DNA from: Sandaracinaceae bacterium
GTDB lineage: Bacteria > Myxococcota_A > Polyangia > Polyangiales > JADJQN01
Length of the DNA: 36,665 nt
NCBI GenBank assembly: GCA_947483975.1
Contig: CANKOL010000007.1
Location: 1 to 36,665, forward strand
Reading direction: 5' to 3'
The position numbers were made by a program, and so were the translations under genes. Below the pieces are notes generated by a model. It worked only from the letters and a program-made list of their open reading frames with translations, was not told the DNA's origin and ran no database searches. Positions 18,927-25,919 of the stretch are shown piece by piece. The stretch's first letter is position 1. Each line of letters opens with the position of its first letter.

Positions 18927-19619
18927 ATGGCGAGCCCCTCAGCGCGGTCCAGAAGCGGAGCAGTCGGCGTAGGCGTGCTCGTCGCACGTCTCGTCGACGA
19001 AGAGATCGGTGCGCTCGCGTCGCCGTCGATGCGGCGCGTGATCTTGGCGTCTGCGCTGACGCACGGCGGACACGACGCGATGCCGCTCGACCCCGACGTG
19101 CTCGCCGTCTTCGTGCGGACCGCGCTGCTCGAGGCGATGGAGATCTCGCTCGGTCGAGCCGCCGCGAACGAGGTCTGCGACCGCCTCTGCGCGCTGCTGC
19201 CTGAGCCGCCGCCGCTCTGCGGCGAGAGCGCGGAGCTGCTCGACGACGACGACGACGTCAGCGAGATCATCCCGCGGGACACGCTCCGGATCGCGGCGAA
19301 CACCGACGCCATCTGGATCGTCGCGGTGGACCTCGGGCGCGCCAAGACGCTCGCGCACGAGCTCGGCGAGCTCGGCATGACGGCGCGGATCTCGCCGTCA
19401 GTCCCGCACCTCGAAGGCAGCCGCTCGGCCTTGATCCTCGACCTCCGCTCCGTGCCGGAGGCGACCTCGGAGGCGTGGCTGCTGCGCGCGGTCGAGTGCG
19501 ACGCCGTCGTCATCGCCTGGGGCGCAGCGAGCGAGAGCGACGCGGCGAACATCTACGCGTGCGAGGGCATCCTCGGTGAGCGCGAGGTCGCCGTGTACTG
19601 CGCGTCCCTGCTCGTGTAG
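18927..19619 (+). CDS. Hypothetical protein
   Basis: 230 aa with protein-like composition and GC-rich third positions; fills the gap between neighbours; no family recognised. Confidence 0.6.
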   Translation: MASPSARSRSGAVGVGVLVARLVDEEIGALASPSMRRVILASALTHGGHDAMPLDPDVLAVFVRTALLEAMEISLGRAAANEVCDRLCALLPEPPPLCGESAELLDDDDDVSEIIPRDTLRIAANTDAIWIVAVDLGRAKTLAHELGELGMTARISPSVPHLEGSRSALILDLRSVPEATSEAWLLRAVECDAVVIAWGAASESDAANIYACEGILGEREVAVYCASLLV

Positions 19620-19694
19620 CCCGCCGCGCGGGGGAAGCTGCCCGCGAGAATCTGAGTCGCGTCCGCCGAGCTCCGCACGTACGCTCGGCGTCCG

Positions 19695-20489
19695 ATGAGC
19701 GACCCCATCTACGATCGACCTGGGCTCTACGACGTGGCCTTCGGCTTCCGCGACGTGAACAGCGAGCGCGACGCCCTGCTCGAATGGGCCGACGCGCGCC
19801 GAGGCACGTCCGCGCCCGGCCGGCTGCTCGAGCTCGCCGCAGGCCCCGCCGATCACGCGCTCGCGTTCGCCGAGCTCGGGTGGCATGCGGAGGCGCTCGA
19901 TCTCGCGCCGGCGATGGTCGAGCACGCGCGCGCGCACGCCGCGCGGCGCCGCCTCCCGCTGACGCTGCACACCGGCGACATGACCGCGTTCGCGCTCGGC
20001 GACACCTACGACCTCGTGCTCTTGATGCTGACGAGCGCGTCCCATCTGTACACGCTCGACGCGATGATCGCGCACCTGCGCTGCGTCGCCGCGCACCTGG
20101 CCCCTCGCGGGACCTACGTGATGGAGATGACGCACCCGCGCGATTTCCTCGGACGCGGTCCGCGCCCGACCGGCGTCTCAGCGCCGTGGCGCGAGGAGCG
20201 CGCCGGGCTCGTCGTCGAGACGACCTGGGGGCACGCGGACGACCCGTACGATCCCATCGCGCAGGTCTTCGAGGCGCACATCGAGCTTCGAGTGTCGAGC
20301 GAGCACGGCACCGAGACGGTGCGGGACGTCGTCCGGATGCGCGACTGGACGGCGACGGAGATGGAGGCTGCCGTACGCCTCGCCGGTGGGCTGCGCGTCG
20401 CGGCGCGGCGCGGCGACTTCGCGGCGAATGTGCCGCTCGACGGCAGCGAGGCGAGCTGGCGGATGCTCCTCGAGATCGAGCGTATTTGA
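19695..20489 (+). CDS. Class I SAM-dependent methyltransferase
   Basis: LLELAAGPA motif I, ALDLAPAM, GDMTAF, YDLV, HLAPRG. Confidence 0.9.
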   Translation: MSDPIYDRPGLYDVAFGFRDVNSERDALLEWADARRGTSAPGRLLELAAGPADHALAFAELGWHAEALDLAPAMVEHARAHAARRRLPLTLHTGDMTAFALGDTYDLVLLMLTSASHLYTLDAMIAHLRCVAAHLAPRGTYVMEMTHPRDFLGRGPRPTGVSAPWREERAGLVVETTWGHADDPYDPIAQVFEAHIELRVSSEHGTETVRDVVRMRDWTATEMEAAVRLAGGLRVAARRGDFAANVPLDGSEASWRMLLEIERI

Positions 20490-20611
20490 GTCGGCCGCGA
20501 CCGAACAGGGAAACGCCGCATTGAATCGGCGCGCGGAAGTGGCACACACACCGGCGCGTTCCGCAGCCGCGGGGCGCGCAGCCGGGCCTCGCGCCTGGGG
20601 ACGGAGGCACA

Positions 20612-21190
20612 GTGGCTGCGGTCGGCACAGGTAGCAAGACGGGCATCGGCAAGGCGGGCATCGGCACCAACGTCGGCAACGACATCGAGTCGATCTGCGG
20701 CAAGTGCGGCGACGTGTGGCACGTCGTGGTCGCCAAGGAAGGCGAGCGCATCGTCAAGGTGCAGTGCAAGCAGTGCAGCGCGGTCCATCGCCATCGCCCC
20801 CCGGTGAAGGCTGCCGCTGTGAAGGCGCCCCGCGTCCCGGGCGAGAAGGCGGCGCGCACCCCAGCCGCACCTCGCGCGCCCCGCGCGCCCGGCGAGAAGG
20901 CCCCCCGCGCCAAGCGCGCGTCCACGGCGAAGGCGCCGCCCGGACCGCGCGTCGTGGCCGATCCGCTGAAGCCGGTCCGCAAGTACCGCCCGGTCGAGAC
21001 GTTCCGCGTCGGCGACGCGATCGATCACCCGACCTTCGGGCGCGGCGTCGTCGAGTCCCTGCCCGAGCACGGCAAGATCGAGATCTGGTTCTCCGGCGAG
21101 CGCAAGGTGCTCGTCCACGCGCGCCTCGCGTCGCAGGAGAGCCCGTCGCTCCCCGCCCGCAAGCCGGGCGGCTTCGGCGAGAACCTCTGA
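20612..21190 (+). CDS. Hypothetical protein: Zn-ribbon-like N-terminus, Lys/Ala/Pro/Arg linker, Tudor/KOW-like C-terminus
   Basis: CGKC...H...CKQC...H; basic low-complexity linker; FRVGDAIDHPTFGRGVV...IEIWF; GGAGG upstream of the GTG. Confidence 0.75.
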   Translation: MAAVGTGSKTGIGKAGIGTNVGNDIESICGKCGDVWHVVVAKEGERIVKVQCKQCSAVHRHRPPVKAAAVKAPRVPGEKAARTPAAPRAPRAPGEKAPRAKRASTAKAPPGPRVVADPLKPVRKYRPVETFRVGDAIDHPTFGRGVVESLPEHGKIEIWFSGERKVLVHARLASQESPSLPARKPGGFGENL

Positions 21191-21302
21191 GCGGCTGGCG
21201 CGTCCCGCTCCTCGGCGCGCGGCGCCTCGACCGGGAATTCGACGGTCGCTCCGCGCGACGCGCTTGATTCGAGTCAGGGCTCACGCGAGCATCGCGGGGC
21301 TC

Positions 21303-22457
21303 ATGACCTCCTCCCCTCCGCGCGGCCTCACCCTCATCCTCACGGGCGCGGACGAGGCCCTCACAGGCGGTCACGACGCGGAGGCCGTGCAGGGCGTGGA
21401 CGCGTCGGTGCAGGCGATCCGCGCGGCGCTCGAGCGAGCGGGGAAGCGCGTCGCCATCGCGCGGGCCGACGACGTGCACTCGCTCATCGAGGCCGTGCGC
21501 GCTCATCGCCCGTCGATGGTCGTGAATCTCGTCGAATCACTGGGCGGGCGCGACGACCTCGAGTCCGCCGCTGCGTCGGTGCTCGAACTGCTGCGTGTCC
21601 CCTTCACCGGCTCCGCGCCGCTCGCGCTCGGCGTCTGTCAGCGCAAGCCGCTCACCAAGACCATGTTGCGCGGCCTCGGCGTGCCGACGGCCCGCTGGCA
21701 GGTGCTGCGCCCGGAGGATCTCCTCGTGCGCGGCAGCGACGGGGCGGTCTGCGCGACCCTCGCGCGACGCCTGACGTTCCCCGTGATCGTGAAGCCCGCG
21801 GTCGCCGACGCGAGCTGCGGCATCGACAGCGGCTCCGTGGTGAACGACGCGCCCGCCGCGCTCGAGCGTGCCGCGCTTCTGTGGGAGAAATACGGCCCCG
21901 AGGCGCTCGTCGAGGAGTTCATCGACGGCCGCGAGCTGAACGTGGGCATCGTCGGCAACGGCGCGAGCGCCGAGTGCCTGCCGGTCGCCGAGATCGAGTT
22001 CCGCTTGCCGGCAGGGATGCCCGCCATCGTCACCTACGACGCGAAGTGGATCGAGGGCAGCAGCGACTGGGGCGACAGCACCGTCCGCTGCCCCGCGGAG
22101 CTCACCTCGCGCCTCGCGAAGCGCGTGCGCGACGTCGCTTTGCGCGCTTATCGCGGGCTCGGCGTGCGCGACTATGGGCGCGTCGATCTGCGCATCACGG
22201 CGGGCGGTCACGTTCGCGTCCTCGAGGTCAACCCCAACCCCGATCTCGCGCCGGACGCTGGCTTCGCCAACGCCGCGCGCGCGCTCTCCTGGAGCTACGA
22301 TGAGCTCGTCCAACGAATCCTCGCGGCCGCCGAAGAGCGCACGATGCGTGATCCGGTCCTTGTCGCCGAGCGATCGCAGCGCGATTGGCTCGATTCTGCT
22401 GCGGACGCGCGTGTTCTCGCAGGACGAGGTCGACTGCGCGCTCTCCCTCCTGGATGA
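21303..22457 (+). CDS. D-Ala-D-Ala ligase-like ATP-grasp protein
   Basis: VNLVES, PFTGS, FPVIVKP..DASCGI, EEFIDGRE, TYDAKW, DYGRVDLR, LEVNPNP. Start at ATG 21303 is uncertain; the C-terminal tail overlaps the GNAT gene. Confidence 0.85.
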   Translation: MTSSPPRGLTLILTGADEALTGGHDAEAVQGVDASVQAIRAALERAGKRVAIARADDVHSLIEAVRAHRPSMVVNLVESLGGRDDLESAAASVLELLRVPFTGSAPLALGVCQRKPLTKTMLRGLGVPTARWQVLRPEDLLVRGSDGAVCATLARRLTFPVIVKPAVADASCGIDSGSVVNDAPAALERAALLWEKYGPEALVEEFIDGRELNVGIVGNGASAECLPVAEIEFRLPAGMPAIVTYDAKWIEGSSDWGDSTVRCPAELTSRLAKRVRDVALRAYRGLGVRDYGRVDLRITAGGHVRVLEVNPNPDLAPDAGFANAARALSWSYDELVQRILAAAEERTMRDPVLVAERSQRDWLDSAADARVLAGRGRLRALPPG

Positions 22458-22836
22458 GACGTTCGCGGATCCCGAACAGCCCGACCCCTATCGCTTCGTG
22501 GTCGCGGCGGACGTCGAGGACGCGGCCCTCGTGCTCGGCTACGCGTGCTTCGGCACGACGCCGCTGACCCACGGCACCTGCGATCTCTACTGGATCGCCG
22601 TGGACCCGGCGCTGCACGGCGGCGGCATCGGACGCGTGCTCTTCGACGAGGTCGCGCGCGTGCTCCGCGCGGACGGACAGCATCAGCTCGTCATCGAGAC
22701 CAGCTCGCGGGCCGACTACGAGCCGACGCGCGCGTTCTACCTGCGCGTCGGCTGCGTCGAAGAGGCCCGCGTGCGGGACTTCTATTCGCGCGGCGACGAC
22801 AAGGTCTTCTACGTGAGGCGCCTCGCGACGAGCTAA
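22348..22836 (+). CDS. GNAT family N-acetyltransferase
   Basis: GYACFG, DLYWIAVDP..HGGGIGR acetyl-CoA motif, IETSS...Y..TRAFY, DFY..GDDK; start trimmed to GTG 22348. Confidence 0.9.
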   Translation: MIRSLSPSDRSAIGSILLRTRVFSQDEVDCALSLLDETFADPEQPDPYRFVVAADVEDAALVLGYACFGTTPLTHGTCDLYWIAVDPALHGGGIGRVLFDEVARVLRADGQHQLVIETSSRADYEPTRAFYLRVGCVEEARVRDFYSRGDDKVFYVRRLATS

Positions 22837-23480
22837 CTGACCGTCCTGCTCGCTCGTCGCGGCGCAGCGAAGCGATAGCCGACGAGCCCCGCGACGACCG
22901 CGACGGCGCCGATGTAGAGCAGGCGCGTCCACGGGCGCCCGGTGTCGCTGCCCGCGAAGATGCCGTGCGCCGTCGCGAGCACGAACGCCGCGAAGCCGAC
23001 CATGTGGAGCTTCTTCCACAGGGCGGCGCCGAGGCGAGCCCGCCACGCGAAGCTCTCGCGGACGACGTAGAGCGCCGCGACCGCCACGATGCCGAGCGCG
23101 ACGGCGAGGGGCCGATAGGGCGCGAGCAGAGGCACGAGCAGATCGAGCACATCGAAGCGCACCTTGCCGTCGAAGACGAGCGCGAGCGCGTGCACCGCGA
23201 CCATCCCGAGCGCCACGCCGGAGAGCCAGCGATGCAGCTCCAGGCTGCGCGCGCGCGGGAGGAATCGGTCCGCCGCGCCGGTCGAGAGAAACACCCCAAA
23301 CACGACATCGAGGGTGAGCGCGACGTAGGCGACTAGACCGGCCGATCGGGACGCGACCCAGGCGGCGGTCCCCGCCGTGTGCGGCAGGAGCCCGCCGGTC
23401 CAGCCCGCGCGCGCGGCGAGCGCGTCGAGCAGGACGAGCAGCGCCACACCGCCGAGCACTCCGCGGAGGGCGTCACGCAC
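22833..23480 (-). CDS. Ferric reductase-like transmembrane (MsrQ-like heme b) protein
   Basis: SRSAGLVAY, ELHRWLS, VHAL, WKKLH, AHGIFAGSD: four His residues in TM helices. Confidence 0.88.
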   Translation of the reverse strand: MRDALRGVLGGVALLVLLDALAARAGWTGGLLPHTAGTAAWVASRSAGLVAYVALTLDVVFGVFLSTGAADRFLPRARSLELHRWLSGVALGMVAVHALALVFDGKVRFDVLDLLVPLLAPYRPLAVALGIVAVAALYVVRESFAWRARLGAALWKKLHMVGFAAFVLATAHGIFAGSDTGRPWTRLLYIGAVAVVAGLVGYRFAAPRRASRTVS

Positions 23481-24369
23481 CGATCACCTCCAGGTCGCCG
23501 ACCACCTCGAACCGACCGCCGCTGCGGACGAGCACGCCCGACGAGCGAGTGCGCTCGAGCACGTCGCGCGCCTCACGACCACCGAGCACCAGCGCCGTCT
23601 TGGCGACGACCTCGGCGAGCTCTGCGCTCTCCGCGAAGACCGTCACCTGCGCGACGTCCGAGCGCGCGGGGCGCTGCGTGCGCGGATCGATCAGGTGGTG
23701 CGCGCTCGCCCCTCCGACCTGCCAGCGGCGACGGTTCGGCGCGCTCGTCGCGACGGCGCGGTCCCGCACGCGCAGCGAGACGAGCACGCGCTCGGCGTCG
23801 CGAGGGTCCTCGACCTCGACGAGCCAGCCGTCGCCGTCCGGACCTGCGCCGCGCATCACGGCGTCCCCGCCCGCGTCGACGAACGACGGCGTCGGCAGCA
23901 AGGCGGCCGCGCGGTCACAGGTGTACCCCTTGATCATGCCGCCGAAGTCGAGGCGCACGGCGAGCGGGAGCCAGACCGTCCCGCGGGCGGCATCGATCTG
24001 CACGTCCGCAAAGTGCGCGGCGAGCGAGCTCCCGGGACCGGCCGCGCGATCGAGCGCCCCGGGCGCGAACGGGCGGTCGTAGCCGTGCGCCGCGAGGGCG
24101 CCGCCGATCGCCGGATCGAAGATCCCGTCGGTGAGCTCGACGTAGCCCCGCGCGCGGAGCAGCGCCGCGAGCAGCTCGGGCGAGACGTGCACCGCGTCGA
24201 CGCCGCCGTGCACGAGCGAGAGCTCGCTGTCGTCGCGGAAGCGACTGAAGCGCTGCTCCTGGGCCTCGAAGAGCGCGGCGACCGCCCGCGCGAGCGTCTC
24301 TTCCTCGCCGCTCTCGACGCCTGGCGCCGCGACCGCGACCTCGGTCCCCATCGCGCGGAAGCTGAACAT
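23473..24369 (-). CDS. apbE: FAD:protein FMN transferase
   Basis: FRAMGT, FSRFRDDSEL, TDGIFDP, LDFGGMIKGY..D, DAGGD, VATS, HHLIDPRT; start trimmed to ATG 24369. Confidence 0.93.
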   Translation of the reverse strand: MFSFRAMGTEVAVAAPGVESGEEETLARAVAALFEAQEQRFSRFRDDSELSLVHGGVDAVHVSPELLAALLRARGYVELTDGIFDPAIGGALAAHGYDRPFAPGALDRAAGPGSSLAAHFADVQIDAARGTVWLPLAVRLDFGGMIKGYTCDRAAALLPTPSFVDAGGDAVMRGAGPDGDGWLVEVEDPRDAERVLVSLRVRDRAVATSAPNRRRWQVGGASAHHLIDPRTQRPARSDVAQVTVFAESAELAEVVAKTALVLGGREARDVLERTRSSGVLVRSGGRFEVVGDLEVIGA

Positions 24370-24755
24370 CAGGAGCTCCTCGTGCGCACTCGCGCGCGGC
24401 GCTGGGTCGGCACGGGCACGGCGCGCAGGCCTTGGGCAGCGAACGCGGTCGACGCAGCGGGCAGGCGACCTGTGTCGAGCGTCCAGCCTGCGGGGAGCAC
24501 GACGACCGGACGCTCGGCTGGCGGCAGCTCCGTCAGCCACACGACCTGCGGAGGCGGGGCGCCCACCGAGGGCTCCGGAGTCGTCGAGCCCGACGGTGGC
24601 GCGCTCCCCGGCGAGAGCGCGAGCCAGGCGAGCACGTAGCCGCCCGCGAGGGCCGCCGTCAGCCAGAGCCGCGCCTCGAGCGGCGAGCGCTTCGGGGCCA
24701 CGGGCGCGCGCGGCCTCGCGGGAGGCCGACTCGGGGCGCGGCGCTCAGTCGTCAC
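24369..24755 (-). CDS. Small single-TM Pro-rich protein ending RVRTRSS
   Basis: TM segment LWLTAALAGGYVLAWLAL; TGATG overlap with apbE; start (GTG 24755 or 24761) uncertain. Confidence 0.65.
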   Translation of the reverse strand: MTTERRAPSRPPARPRAPVAPKRSPLEARLWLTAALAGGYVLAWLALSPGSAPPSGSTTPEPSVGAPPPQVVWLTELPPAERPVVVLPAGWTLDTGRLPAASTAFAAQGLRAVPVPTQRRARVRTRSS

Positions 24756-25182
24756 CTTCACGCTCCTCGCCACCGCGCCCACGCCCCTCGCCGTGCTCCT
24801 CGCCCTCCTCGTCCTCGTCGTCCTCCCGACGACCGCGGGCCTCATCGCCCTCCCCGCGCGCGTCGGCGGCCCACCCGCCGAGCGGCTCCCCTTCGACGAC
24901 GGTCGGCTCGAGACCGGGCGCAGCGGGAGAGGCGAGCGACGCCGACGGCTGCACCGGCACGAGCACGATCCCCGGCGAGCGCGCCGGCAGGGGCTGTACA
25001 GCGACGGGCTGGCCAGCGATGGCCGGCGCGTCGACCGCGGCGACGGACTCCGCAGCCTGCGTCGGCGCAGCGGAGTAGCCCGTGAGCGACGCGATGGTGA
25101 TGCCGACGGCCACGGTGACGGCGGCGGCGGCGATCCCCGTCGCGATGCGGAGTCGGGCTTGCAGCTGATCTTCTGTCGTCAT
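24745..25182 (-). CDS. Small single-TM protein with acidic/Gly-rich C-terminal tail
   Basis: ATG 25182 preceded by GAGAGGGA; TM IATGIAAAAVTVAVGITIASL; tail EGDEARGRREDDEDEEGEEHGEGRGRGGEEREGDD. Confidence 0.7.
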   Translation of the reverse strand: MTTEDQLQARLRIATGIAAAAVTVAVGITIASLTGYSAAPTQAAESVAAVDAPAIAGQPVAVQPLPARSPGIVLVPVQPSASLASPAAPGLEPTVVEGEPLGGWAADARGEGDEARGRREDDEDEEGEEHGEGRGRGGEEREGDD

Positions 25183-25303
25183 GGGGTTCCCTCTCGAGGC
25201 GTGGGTGAAAGGCGTGTCGACTACGGGGGTAGATTGCTCGCGGGCCCACGTCCATTCCATGCTACGGATGTGATACGCGCTGAAATCATGGAGCTTTTCG
25301 GAC

Positions 25304-25903
25304 GTGCCCCTCACGGATGACAGACACGAAAGAGCCGTCTCGATGGGCCTCATTGGGCTCTTCGGCGTGATCGCCGTGCTCGCCGCGCTCGATCTGGCGG
25401 GCGACATCGAGGAGGGCGCGGGGAGCTGGCACAACGGCGTCGAGGGCACCGTCGGGCTGATCGGAGCCTTCGGCGTCGCGTGGATGCTCGTGCGCCTCCG
25501 TGGGCTCCACCAACGTGCTCGGTCGGCCGAGGACCGCGCAGGCGTCGCCGAAGGGCGAGCGGGGGACCTCGAGCAGCGCCTCGAGGTGTCGACTCAAGAG
25601 GCCGGTCGCTGGCGCAACGAAGCGGCCGAGCTCGTCGCCGGGCTCGGCGCGGCGATCGACGCGCAGCTCGACCGCTGGGGCCTCTCTGCGGCCGAGAAGG
25701 ACGTCGCGCTGCTGCTGCTGAAGGGCCTGAGCCACAAGGAGGTCGCCGACGTGCGCGGCGTCGGCGAGGCCACCGTCCGGCAGCAAGCGCGCGCCCTCTA
25801 CAAGAAGGCGGGCCTCAGCGGACGCAGCGACCTCGCCGCGTTCTTCCTCGAGGATCTGCTCGCCGCCCGGCCGCCGCGCGAGGAGCGCAGCGACCAGGGT
25901 TGA
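25304..25903 (+). CDS. Membrane-anchored LuxR-family HTH transcriptional regulator
   Basis: Two N-terminal hydrophobic segments, a coiled-coil-like region, then WGLSAAEKDVALLLLKGLSHKEVA..R...EATVRQQARALYKK; no receiver domain. Confidence 0.9.
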   Translation: MPLTDDRHERAVSMGLIGLFGVIAVLAALDLAGDIEEGAGSWHNGVEGTVGLIGAFGVAWMLVRLRGLHQRARSAEDRAGVAEGRAGDLEQRLEVSTQEAGRWRNEAAELVAGLGAAIDAQLDRWGLSAAEKDVALLLLKGLSHKEVADVRGVGEATVRQQARALYKKAGLSGRSDLAAFFLEDLLAARPPREERSDQG

Positions 25904-25919
25904 CGTTCGCCCGCGCCGC

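Noticed and set aside
21303..22457. Housekeeping ddl or van-type resistance ligase
   Set aside because: Lacks the N-terminal Ddl signature and has no mur/fts or vanH/vanX context.
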